Positions 52,501 to 64,000 of a DNA stretch of 64,000 bases are shown piece after piece. Under the pieces are notes generated by a model. That model saw only the letters and a list, made by a program, of their open reading frames with translations. It did no database searches and had not been told where the DNA came from. A program made the translations under genes and the position numbers. The DNA comes from Saccostrea cucullata (taxonomy: Eukaryota), in assembly GCF_032062105.1 (NCBI RefSeq), contig NW_026932763.1:372001-436000 (forward strand), written 5' to 3'. How positions within the stretch are numbered: the stretch's first letter is position 1; each line of letters opens with the position of its first letter.

Positions 52501-55270
52501 ATACCTAAAGTACAAATAAAAATCAAAATCGACCTTGCTATGCAGTTGTATGGATTGGGCGCATTTAGAGCTTCGGAAAGCCTTCACATACAGTCCCTGA
52601 AACGTTCTACTTTCCCTTTTTACCGTTCGCTCACCGTTCGTTCAGCGTGTGTTCACCGTTCGCTCTCCGTTCACAGTTTTGCGTTCACCGTTCACCGTGC
52701 GCTCGCGTTCACTGTTCACAAAACGTTCACCGTTCGCTCTTCGTTCCGTTTACTTTGCGTTCACCTTGCGTTCACTGTTCACTTATCGTTCAGTCTTCAT
52801 TGTCATTCGGAACTCCGAAGTGAAAGGACTTATCTTTTTGATGGTAAGGATTTACACCTTTTTTAATTGAATAACTAAAATATCGTGTTTGAAGAATAAT
52901 TATTTCATTGCGAAAGTTATCTACGATATTTATATTTCTATAAATATAACCTAGCTGTTACTTTATCCGTGAAATTTCCCTAAAAAATAATACATTAAAT
53001 ACCTACATGTATGTAGAACGATGCTAAAATATTAAATTTAATAAAGGGCGATGTAAAAATGCTTCACGCTCGGCATCATCTTGTTGTAATGTAAAAACGA
53101 CAAATCATTTATGGATGGATATCTAAGTAAGACAAAAATACACAACAAAATTATTTCTAACATGTATTTTAAAAAAATTCACGAAAAAATATATGAGAAC
53201 TACACATAGGTCTGAGAATTATGAACAGTACAGCAGATATTCAGTTAATTTAATATCTCTAGAGCTAATGAAATTTATTAGCATGCTTTTAAATTTTAGA
53301 AAAGACCAACTGTTTAAAATGTAATACATTAGATTTTTTTGTACACTAAGTTAAGTGTAATATTAGAGAAGAAGAATTCCTTAATTCACCGTACCTAAAT
53401 ATATGTTTGCCATTCAATGTGATTACGAGCCCCCCCCCCCCCCCCCTTCCGTGCGTTATCTCCCGATATCAAATACTTAGCTAGTATATCCAGAATATTT
53501 CAATTAATATTTAAAGTGTATTGTAACACAAGAAAAATTAATTTTAAAACGAACATCAAACAGTCATTAAACAAAAGTATTTCGAAATATACATGTACGG
53601 ACAGTAGTTTTTAAAATTGGCAGGGAATATGTTTCAAATTCAATTTCAAACTTAATCCTTAGAAGTATAAATTCCCATTATTTATATATTTTCTCTGCAG
53701 GAATGCAATAAAGTGCCCCGCCACAGCATGATAGCCTGTCAAATATTGTTCAATAATAATAAATTGGTTAGGATGCAAGGAAATCAGGTAGCCTTGATTA
53801 ACAGATTGACACAGATTTCAATGATTTAATTTCCATTTCTTATCATACATCTCTAAGAGACTTGCAATGTAGGGATTGTTTATAAGAAATACATCATATA
53901 ACTCTAAACTGGTTGTGTTAGAGCATAACAAATATCCATCTGCAGCTTACTTAAACTTAAATTGTTTATTGCATATTTTATGAAATAATAGAAATGCTAG
54001 AGTTTAAATAAAAAAATCAAACATAAATTATAATTTCTTCTGACTATAAAATTCAATGTGAGACATGACTGCAATTTGTTGCAAATATATAAAAATTGAA
54101 ATATATATATTTTTTTCAATGAACACATGTATAATTAGTTTTAATCATACTATACAATACTAATTTAGTTTTAATCATACACTAAAACATCAATTTGTTT
54201 TAATTACATTACACCAATTGAAAGATCTTTATCTGGACTAGCCATCAAGAACTCTTAATTAACACAAGCAACTATGAGGCCATTTCTTTTTGCCCAACTC
54301 CCAAGAGATAAATTAAGATAACAGCTGCATCATTGCTAGAGATGCTCTTAGCTCCTGACAATAAACTCATTAATTTCTCTCTAATTTGACATGCAAAGTT
54401 TCTGCTATCAAAATTCTTCTTGACCAGTGCTTGATAATTATGCCCATGGGACAAACTGAATTCCTCTCAAAGCATAAACATATATTACAGATTGCTGTAA
54501 AGTATATAATGAAAAAAATATGGTTTTACTTAATTTAACATTTTTTAATAAGGATACAACTATATTTTTAAATTTTTAAGGTATATGAAGTTTGAAATTT
54601 AAAAGACTTAGTTTTAAAAAAAAATCACTTAAATTAAAGGTCACAGTGACCTTGAAATAGGCTGCGACACACCTTCTACAATAGCTGTATACTTTTGCCA
54701 AGTTTGAAAGCTCTAGGTCTCATAGTTTTCTAGTTATGAGCCGGACAGGATTTTTCCATATTTGGTTATAGCATCTTTATTAAAGGTCAGAGTGACCTAC
54801 TTTTTGTGCGAGACACACCTTCTACCCAAGATGTATCAGCTGACAACGTTTGGTAACTCTAGGCCTTATAGTATTAAAGTTATGAGCCGGACACGAGAAA
54901 AGCTAACAGACGGACAGCTAGACAGACGGACGGACACGAAGCCTATAACATAATACGTCCCGTCTTAAGACGGGCGTATAAAATTCAGATCTAAAAATGA
55001 AAAGTAAAAATATTAAAACTTTTTGGAAATACTACATGACTCTTTACCTTTGCCATGCTCGGTGAAACGAGATTTCCACACCTCCGCTTTGATTGGCAGG
55101 CCAAGCACGTCTGGTGAACCATGTGAAAATGAAGATGGAAAATAAAAGCCAATAGTTACTGTGAATTGAATTTGTTAATCTTAAGAATTTGAATATTTTT
55201 ATTGCTTGGACAATTTCGGAAAAATAATAAGAATTTCTATTTGATACAACAGATATCTGAGAATGGGGGG

Positions 55271-55339
<69 letters not shown>

Positions 55340-56955
55340 ATTTTTTCTGTTTAATAAAAACTATGACAGCACTTTACTTATTTAGTTTTTAGTTTTTAAA
55401 ATTTAATCTATTACAAATTATTTTAATGCCTCTTTCCATCATCTTGTCCGAGAATAATCACGACCTGGAAATGTCTACAGATACATGTAGAAGTTAGGTA
55501 ATATAATTATCATAAAAAATTCAAATTGAAACATAAATATAGAATATTTTGCAATCGGGTGTTCTTATGCAATACGTTAACAGACAATTGTGAATTTCAA
55601 AAAAAAAAAAAATCCGTTATTTTACTCAGAATCGCGTTGGCACGAAAATACATGTTTAGTTGTTTCAACCGGGTACAATGAAATTAATTCATTCTATAAG
55701 TAGCAGTTCTATCTTCTAAAGTCCACATTATTTTATAAGTGAAAAAAATAAGCATAATTATTTACTATATAAGTAGATAATTTTATTTTTTAACTACACG
55801 CGGTAACAAATACACGTTTTACGGCGATTAAAATCATGTTATTAAAATATCGATTTAAACATGGGTATGTACAGAAAAAAATGTGTTTATTATTTATTTT
55901 TTTCCTATCTATTTATTTATCTATTGTTTATCTAAGTAGTAATTTTATCTTCTAAAGTCCACATTATTTTATTAGTTAAAAGAATAAGCATAATTATTTA
56001 CCATATAATGTAGATTTATTTTTCAACTACACGCGGTAACAAACACATGTTTTACGGCGATTAAAATCATGTTATTAAAATATCGATTTAAACATAGTTA
56101 TGTACAGAAAAAAAAAGTTTTTATTATTTATTTATCTATCTATATAATTATCTATTGTTTATCTATTGTTTATTAATATTAATTTATGACATTTGAATAA
56201 TAGAATAACAGAATAATTTCAATGTAAGGAAAAGATCGAAGGTATTCCGAATAAATCGTTCATCTTGCGTTCACCGTTCGTTCACCGTTCACATTGCGCT
56301 CGCGTTCGCGCTCAGTTCGCATTCTGCGTTCACTTACGGTTCACCGTTCACACATCGTTCACCAAGTTGCGTTCAGCGTTCGCACATCGTTCACTCACCG
56401 TTCGCTCTGCGTTCGTTCACCGTTCGTTCAGGGTTCGTTCACCGTTCAGGTGGGAAAGTAGAACGTTTCAGGGACTGTAGTTGCATTAGAAAAAAATATG
56501 CTTCCTGCAGTTTACATACAATCTTCTCAGTGAATCCTCTTATGAAAAAATTAATAGTTATGTGTCATTTATCAATAATGAATAAAAAAAAAATAATGTG
56601 TTTCTATTAAACAAATTATGATCAAGAAGCTACACATTCATATGCTAAACACCGTCATGCACAGAAGTCTGTTTAAAGGGAATTCCTTTCCTTGTATGCT
56701 AAAAATAAATGGTGTATCAACGTATGCTTGTATTATTCCTTCTCTCTATAAATAGTTATTAAGTCATGGTCATGAAAAAAAGGAAGAAAAACAACCAAAG
56801 AAAAACTAAAAAACAAATATGTATATAATGAACCAAACTCATTTTTCTACGAATTTAATATTCAAAAGTTATCAATCCGAACAATCTTATAATGTATACT
56901 TGTATTGTGGATTTGATTTAAAAAGGTATGTTCCAAAAAAGCACATAGAGAAATG

Positions 56956-56987
<32 letters not shown>

Positions 56988-57678
56988 TCAGGGTGTCCAT
57001 TGTTAAACATATACCTTATTATATAAAACTTGGTCCATACAAAAAGTCTTCGTTTGGTTGTCCTAGACACTTGGATACTTTCATTTTATTTAATAATAGA
57101 ATTTTGGTTGAAGGTAAACAATTCTAAAGGATTTTATTTTCTTTTTCTTTATCTGAAAGTGTATTAAAATGTATCACATACGACATATCTATTCACTGTT
57201 TAGTAAAAATGGAAAAGAAACTATATTGTATTTTCTTGAAGATTATATATATATTATTAGGAAAAAGACAAGTTATAACCAGGGCAAAAAAAATCCTACC
57301 TCTGATGTTTTAGAAGAATGCTTTTGTTTGCTTCTGATTTGATTTAATTGCATTAACTTTTGAATTTGAATACGGCTTTTTTATCCATAAATTTACAAAT
57401 ACCCTTTACGTTTTTACTGTTCACGTTATGTTTAAAAAGAAATGTATTCAATAATTGTTTGTAAACTGTAGGATACAAATATGATTTAATAACTAATAAA
57501 CAGAAAAAAATATCAACAGTAACTGTATAATTATATCTAAGAATAAAGAAATAAAAATCGTGGGTAAAGTACTCAGAAAATGCAACTTACCTTCTCGATG
57601 TATCGAAGTAAATATTATAATCAATAGAAATATCGTAAACATAATCAGACAAAATCTCGAAAAAAAACTTGATTTCAT
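49576..57678 (-). CDS. Candidate small secreted or membrane-anchored proline-rich orphan protein (108 aa, 3 exons)
   Basis: Exons 57591-57678 (MKSSFFSRFCLIMFTIFLLIIIFTSIHRE, CAAAATG, donor GTAAGT), 55048-55110 (DVLGLPIKAEVWKSRFTEHGK, donor GTAAAG) and 49576-49751 (DRFG...PPIRPMPPPPPKKICLKNDF*), all phase 1. TATAAATA at 57758-57765, AATAAA at 49471-49476. No homology recognised. Confidence 0.45.
50551..51647 (+). mobile_element. Mariner-derived non-autonomous element
   Basis: Perfect 28-bp TIR CGAGGGTTGATCCAAAAGTAATGTCACA with TA flanks. Decayed transposase motif GLIMKRLSV*W/VPRIL (WVPRxL-like) at about 51293-51340. Confidence 0.9.
51740..52440. mobile_element. Degenerate fold-back element with ~21-bp AATTTCGTTTTTCTT repeats and a CCGTA end
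   Basis: Repeats in both orientations. Right end GGGCTTCCGTA at 52430-52440. Left terminus not found. Interrupted by 51864-52256. Confidence 0.5.
51864..52256 (+). mobile_element. Helentron-associated element
   Basis: subTIRs TATGTGGCCCC / GGGGCGACATA, 5' hairpin, GCTAT..ATAGC stem-loop, CTAG end. Confidence 0.7.
54632..54982 (-). mobile_element. Helentron-associated element end with ~146-bp satellite-like units
   Basis: Two diverged units starting TAAAGGTCA.AGTGACCT (54635, 54781), (GACG/GACA)n and hairpin ATACGTCCCGTC-TTAA-GACGGGCGTAT. Other end not defined. Confidence 0.7.
55274..55335. repeat. (CT)n microsatellite
   Basis: Direct reading. Confidence 0.95.
55697..56165. repeat. Two diverged tandem copies of a ~236-bp unit
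   Basis: TCTAAAGTCCACATTATTTT at 55715 and 55951; CGGCGATTAAAATCATGTTATTAAAATATCG in both. Confidence 0.9.
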
Positions 57679-58824
57679 TTTGTTGCATTACAAACTTATA
57701 TACCCTTTCTCTAGGAGTTAAGTTGGAAGATTACTTTGTAGTAGACCTCAACTTCCTTATTTATATTTTAAATGCCTGTTTGCAGGCATATTTGTTCAAA
57801 CCGGTTTAAAACATTTGTTTAAAATTAAAATCAAATCAAATGGATTTTTAAATAGTGTTCATAACACCGTTTTGAATATGTTCCAATTAACATTCAACAG
57901 CAGTACGACGGAGTAAGTTCGTAATTTATGAAAAAGTATTTCCAAATCAAGTCTTGAAATAGATCGTTCAATTTAAGGTCAGAATGAATTTTGAAGCAAT
58001 ATGTTTATAATATGCCAATTAACCAGTAGGTAGAATCATCTATGAAAACCCCCAAATTTACATGTCATCTGACCTCGTGTTTTAAATGATATTTAAACCT
58101 AGGTGTCAGGTTCTTTTGACAAGATTCCAAATTAATCACAGTAAGAAGGCTTCATTTTCTGCTTAATTCATTTATTCTTGTAGCAGTAGAAAGAAATTTG
58201 CACCCTTGTAAGTTATATATTATGGACAATGTTATTGGGGATTAGAAGGATTCTTTTTGTCGTATATTTCGAGTATACTTTAAACTGAAGATTGGTCATT
58301 TCTTCTATATTTCTACTAATAAGTACAATGCACATTCATATGAAAATACCTCATATACTTATAAAAACAACCATAAATTACCGTATAATTGGAAATTCTA
58401 GCAAGTCGCAACACTATCCTCAGAAAGAGGTATCCAATTTTAAGCGAGATGTTATGTTAGCTTAACATGCTCACTTATGAAGCTATTACATATAAAATGT
58501 ATTTGATTTTTAGCAATGTTCTATTTTAGCGATCTCAGAATCCTCGGTAATAATGCCAAAATTTAGTTCCTCGCTTAAAATTCTTTTTATACGGTATTCA
58601 TTTAATAAAAATGAATGTCACTAATGCAGGAAAATCCAGAACAATGTATTAAAATGTGTCTGTATGTGAGCATATATTTTCATTATGCTTGTTGATCCTT
58701 TGAAGCTAGGTTGAAATGTATTTGTGTAGATTAAATACAACACTAGGCAAGTGACATATTTGTATACCTTGAATTTATTACGCAACTTCGAGCCAAAGGA
58801 GTTCGCACGGATCCCATATATTAC

Positions 58825-59878
58825 AAACTTTGGTGGCAGCAGTGGAATCTTAAAATACATTATGAATGCAACGGGGAAAGAACATATTGCTCAGATTGCA
58901 AGTATGCTTTAAACGATGAATTTGATAGAGGAGAAATTGAAGAGATGTTAATTTTACAGTTCCATTACTAAAAGTGACAAGCAGCATGAAGCAAGAAGTC
59001 TTAACATTTTATCACCTGGGTATTATGACCAATGTGAAATGTCGCCATATTCATTCACAGACCGCAAAGTACAAGGAAAAAGAAATTACTATAAAAATGA
59101 GTCTAGAGAAAAGTCTCGATAATCATATACCAGTGTCAGAACACGACCAAGTGTTCACTTTGCTGACGAACATTGTAAAGGATAAGGGAAAGTTGACTGA
59201 TTAAAAAGCAATCTATCAATCGGAGCAGGTGATCGTAAGAAGCCTTCTGAGCTAAATGTTTCTAGAGACAATGCAAAAGTACCATTGCAGACATAGACAT
59301 ATAGGGTAGATAGAGACAATGAAATTGCCAGTAAGTCAGCGACTTATGACGACTCAAGCTGTTGACTTGATTACACGTGCCATTTTGAAGCCTGTACCTA
59401 CATGAATGGCTGGGACTAACTGAAAAGGCATGTTAATTACTTTGTCACTGCGTGGACAAGCAAAAGCTGTGCTAGGCAACATGCCAAGTGACAAGGAACA
59501 GCAATACAGCACACTTATTTGATCTTTGCACAGGAAATGCAGTAATGCAGTAGAACTGATGACCGCCAGTCAAACACACACCCAGATGACAAAGAACCAA
59601 GTACATTTTTGTAAAGGACCCAAAGTGTTTTCTGGAATCGGGACTTTAATTAAGGAATGAGGGTAGTATATCAGTGTATTAAGGGCGAGAATACAAAAGT
59701 ATTCTTTGACACCGGAACAACTGTTACATATGTATTCACTTGTCCGCAAAGTTGCATGAACTGTCCGACCACTGTCCGAACAAACCTACAAAAAATTACC
59801 CAGACCATAATGTCTGCTAATGGTACACCATTGTCAGTCAGAGGGAAGGCGGAGCATCGATTTTGCAAGCAATGACTT
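58825..59878 (+). mobile_element. Ty3/Gypsy LTR retrotransposon relic (PBS, gag, protease)
   Basis: Putative LTR end TACA at 58825. PBS-like TGGTGGCAGCAGTGGAAT at 58831-58848 (tRNA-Leu type). Gag-like HFEAC..MNGW / LRGQAKAVLGNM at about 59380-59485. Protease-like FDTGTTVT and SANGTPLSVRG in ORF 59657-59875. Stops and frameshifts. Confidence 0.8.
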
Positions 59879-60057
59879 TAAGAAATGTTGTTTTTATTCA
59901 GTGCTTTAAAACCAAGAAGAAACATCTACCTATGATAAACACTGACCAGAAACAATAGCAGTTTTTAAGGGAATTTCCTGTTTGTTTTCATGTATGCTAC
60001 AAATACATCCTTAACCAAAAAATACTATAGTTTACTATTGTTAAATGTAGTTATAAC

Positions 60058-60168
60058 GTTGACACTTTAAAAAACTTTGGTTTACTAAAGCGAAAAGTTT
60101 GACACTTGGAAAAACTTTGACGAAAACTTTGACACTTTGAAAAACTTTGGCGAAAAATTTGACACTTT
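60058..60168. repeat. Minisatellite, about 30-bp unit
   Basis: TTTGACACTTTGAAAAACTTTGRCGAAAA-like unit, about 3.5 copies. Confidence 0.8.
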
Positions 60169-60439
60169 CATTTACAAATACAGTTATCTATATTTACTAT
60201 AGTTAAATATATTTTTTTTTGTTTTTTTTTTATTTTTTTGTTCTATCAATGACTATTTGCATAATTACTTTATCTGAGTGTAAATAGTTCCTATGACGTA
60301 CATGTTTGTCACAAAAAAGCCCAAGAGAAATTAATGCAGAGACATCTAGCATTAAGTCTGGGATTGTTAAATCTATTTATTAAAAACTATTTGTTTTAAA
60401 CTTTGATGTTGAAAATTAAATTATATAAAAATGAATCTG

Positions 60440-60445
60440 TTTATT
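60440..60445 (-). promoter_or_regulatory. Putative polyadenylation signal of the EGF-repeat receptor
   Basis: AATAAA about 90 nt downstream of the stop codon. Confidence 0.5.
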
Positions 60446-60539
60446 ACTGCGAGACATATTCGGTCAACTTCGCGGCGCCTCGCTGCGCTCGCTATAACTT
60501 TGGCCAATATGAATATAAGATGTGAACGTTCAGATCCGA

Positions 60540-63116
60540 TCATAATCTGATGGTAGCGCCAGTTCCCCCCAGCTCCTGATATCTGTTCTTGTCGTCTTCA
60601 TCAATTTTATTAGAGCTAATTCCCATGTTAAATGATGTTGACTTTGTCTCTTTATCTTCTTTATACATCGATTTCCTTATTTTTCCTTTCAGATTCCATC
60701 TACAGAGATATTCAAATTGTGTTGAAAATTGTCAGTTTTTTCCCTAAACAAATCTAGGAATTTTGAAATATGAGAGAGAGATAAAGAGAAGGAGAGAGAG
60801 AGATGTTTGCTTGTCCTATATATTCATCAAAGATAACTTACCTATAGATACAGATGTAGGCAATTAAAATGCCGATTATTATTAGACAAACACAGAGAGA
60901 GGCAAGAACACCATTAAATCTTGCGAGACAATCAGTATCAATAGTTTTCTCTGCAACTGCATAGAGAAAAAAAATCATATCGATAATTTTGGATCTATTG
61001 ATGTAACATAATATTCCTTTATTTCAACGTTGTGATAACATTAAGTAGATTATTAACTATTAACCTTGTAAACACATAGCACCCTGCCATCCACCAATAC
61101 ATCCTTCATTACAATATCCTGTCACGTGGTTGCAGTCACGTGATGACTTGCAGAAAATGCTGCATTCTTTTTTGCAATTCTCTCCATAAAATCCTGCCTT
61201 ACACACTGTCATTTGAAGTAAAAGGTTCATTTAATTTACAAAGAACTATGCTAAATGAAATATTTTGATTTCTGTTTTAAACAGTGAAATATAATTTCTA
61301 CCCATTAAAGGTAATGTGTTAAAAGTATAAAATCCCTACTGACATACTTATGCCTTATTTTCTACATTTTATTCTAAATTATGAAAGTTAAATTACTTTC
61401 ATTGCATAATATTCCTATATATCCATCCGAACATATTCCAGGACAAGAACCATTTACATAGTGGCAGTTTGAGTCCTGACAGAATCCACACGAATTAGAG
61501 CAGTTTTCACCGTACTTATTTTCCTTACAAACTGAAAAAAAAACATTTCTATTTATTACTTTTTCGTCCATGAATTTCATTTCATTATCCTTTTTTCATA
61601 TATTCTCGTACATAAGAAATTGAATTGTCTTATCGAAAATTCAGTTCTTAGTAATAAAAAAAATCAGGAGAAAAATAGCATTAAAGTTTAAAAGCCATAT
61701 TAAAACAGTAATCTGGAACCTTCTTCGCATCGAGGTCCCTCCCAACCTGGTTGACATCCTCCCTCACATTCTCCTGTCGTTCTGTTACATCTAAATGGTA
61801 CACCACAGTTCCCATTACAATTTTCATTACAGTTGATGCCAAATTTTCCAAGAGAACAACCTAATATAAATTTCTACATTGTATGCCGTTTGTCTGCTAA
61901 AGTGTTTATGTATTGTTAAATGATATGACCGATGATAATTAGTCTGGTAGAGTGTTTACGTATTCTAAAATGACAAATAGAGCCGATGATAAAAAAAAAT
62001 GCTAGCTATCAATGCTTAACTTAAATTATTAATTTTTTACCCGTTTTACAAAAAAATCCTTCAAATCCTGCATCACATCCTTCAAGACACGACCCATTGA
62101 TGTGGCGACATTGTTCATATCCCAGACAAGCTCCACAGGTCTGTTCACAATTCTGTCCATATCCTCTGCTGCATTCTGTTAAAACCAATTAATAAACTAC
62201 AGTGTAATTCAATTAAATATTGTAGAGAAATGTGTTTAATAAAAATAACTATTGCAACACCCTAGCCCAAAGATGCCCAGTGAGAAGAATTTGCACCATA
62301 AAAGAAACCTACGTATCAATATATTTAGCTCTGAATGCTCATTTAAGGTCAAAATTTGAAGGCCGTGAGGTATGATATCTCAAAAGAAGTCTATCAATGG
62401 TGGCTTAGTTCAATTATATCATTTCATATCAGCTTAAGGTGTTGAAGGTAGCGATCATCAAATAAGCATAACCTAAAAAAAAACCACTTTTATTTAATAC
62501 TTTTTCATCAATGAATTTCATTTCACTATCCTTTTTTCATATATTCTCGTACATAAGAAATTGAATTGTCTTATCGGAAATGCAGTTTTAAGTAATTAAT
62601 AGAAACAGGAGAAAAATAGCATTAAATTTTAAAAGCCATATTAAAACAGTAATCTGGAACCTTCTTCGCATCGAGGTCCCTCCCAACCTGGTTGACATCC
62701 TCCCTCACATTCTCCTGTCGTTCTGTTACATCTAAATGGTACACCACAGTTCCCATTACAATTTTCATTACAGTTGACGCCAAATTTTCCAAGAGAACAA
62801 CCTAATATAAATTTCTACATTGTATGCCGTTTGTCTGCTAAAGTGTTTATGTACTGTTAAATGATATGACCGATGATAATTTGTCTGCTAGAGTGTTTAC
62901 GTATTCTAAAATGACAAATACAACCGATAAAAAAAAATGCTAGCCATAAATGCTTAACTTAAATTGTTAAATTTTTACCCATTTTACAAAGCAATCCTAT
63001 AAATCCTGCATCACATCCTTCAAGACAGGATCCATTGATTTGGTGACATTGTTTATACCCTAGACACGCTCCACATCTCTGTTTACAATCCTGGCCATAT
63101 CCACCACCGCTGCATT
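60540..63116 (-). CDS. MEGF10/Draper-like multiple-EGF single-pass receptor, 3' portion; short tyrosine-motif tail, no PTP domain; 5' exons beyond the window
   Basis: Phase-1 EGF exons 62979-63116, 62661-62801, 62041-62175, 61720-61860, 61397-61531, 61065-61205. TM exon 60842-60956 (GVLASLCVCLIIIGILIAYICIY). Last exon 60540-60699 (...IDEDDKNRYQELGGTGATIRL* as assembled). Confidence 0.88.
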
Positions 63117-63125
63117 CTGTTAAAA
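61560..63125. repeat. Intragenic duplication of an EGF exon pair, period 941 bp
   Basis: About 61560-62185 matches about 62500-63125, including introns. Confidence 0.92.
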
Positions 63126-63447
63126 CCAAATAATTTAATTTCACTTGTATCAAGCTATTTCATTGGCTGACGCATTCAGAGGAACATATAATATCTTGGA
63201 TAACATAACTTGCCTATGTCACAATGAGTTACGTCAAAAACGTATTACTCCACTTGACGTTACTTTTTAACTAATGCTCAATCTGAAGCCTTATTCTGGA
63301 GGAAAAACTTATTGTCTATACTGAAATTAAATTATAAGGAATGAAGCTAATGTTAGGTGTGGTATTTGGGGGGGTACCAAGTTTTATTATGAGCAAAGAG
63401 CGATAACTCTAATATTGTTTTTGTAACTTTTCGCTGAGCTCTTCTTT

Positions 63448-64000
63448 GTCAGAAGTTAGAATTTGGTGCCTCGTCCTACAATAAAAGTGTAAACACCTAA
63501 CATCTATCTTATTTTCTCCAGGTAATTATTTAATTAGCACATTTATATGCAATGTATATTACCGAACTTATTATTGAAATCCATTTGATATGTTTCTAGT
63601 CAGTATATGTTAGGTCACACAATTATTAACTTGAATTATGAAAATTGTTGACTAGGCCAAGCACATGTGCGGCACATGTTCCCGCCATTTGTACTTTTCA
63701 GTATTCTATCATTTTTAATTAGAATGTCGTATAATTTACATAATTCATAAAGGTCAGATGTCATTAACTGTTATATTGTACATGTAAGGATTGTAATTAT
63801 ACTTTATTAAGCTTTATTGAATGAATTATGAAATTACCGTATATACTCATCTGAATGCGCACTGTTGAATTACGTGCAGTTTGTATGAAATTACCGTATT
63901 TCCTCTTGTAAACACATTTTGTAAAATTGAGTCAGAAGTTAGAATTTGGTGCCTCGTCCTACAATAAAAGTGTAAACACCTAACATCTATCTTATTTTCT
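63448..64000. repeat. Identical 70-bp direct repeat, period 483 bp, second copy cut by the window edge
   Basis: 63448-63517 equals 63931-64000. Confidence 0.9.

Larger units (their letters stand above)
52591..56477. mobile_element. 3.9-kb interval bounded by perfect 26-bp TIRs with subterminal CGTTCAC arrays
   Basis: CAGTCCCTGAAACGTTCTACTTTCCC at 52591-52616, inverted at 56452-56477, TA on both sides. CGTTCAC/CGTTCG arrays at 52620-52795 and 56255-56450. No transposase ORF. Confidence 0.75.

Noticed and set aside
52540-52870. ORFs at 52540-52870 and 56265-56480
   Set aside because: Translations of CGTTCAC subterminal repeats.

Overview
AT-rich, intron-rich eukaryotic DNA; gene and repeat content point to a bivalve, probably an oyster (inference). 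There is one assembly gap (10626-10781). The window looks like an innate-immune receptor neighbourhood with all genes on the minus strand. (1) A Mab-21/cGAS-like receptor (cGLR) gene at 1-2635 runs off the left edge. It has two clean lesions: a 1067-bp TIR element with a 2-bp TSD and one nonsense codon. (2) An intact 26-coding-exon receptor tyrosine phosphatase at 25022-41436 (1104 aa by manual splicing): signal peptide, F-type-lectin-like domain, EGF-like repeats, TM, active D1, degenerate D2. (3) The 3' part of a paralogous EGF-repeat receptor at 60540-63116 shares ectodomain exons with the phosphatase but ends in a short tail. That tail holds an ITAM split by one extra G in a G6 run. (4) A candidate 3-exon orphan secreted Pro-rich protein at 49576-57678. 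The rest is dense in transposons: mariner-type, Harbinger-like and IS3EU-like MITEs, Helentron-type elements, tRNA SINEs, LINE, Penelope-like and Gypsy relics, GAA-loop palindromes and a 5.2-5.5 kb tandem duplication. Top hypothesis: a paired activating (ITAM) / phosphatase receptor system built on shuffled phase-1 EGF exons. All gene models are hand-spliced, with no expression evidence.
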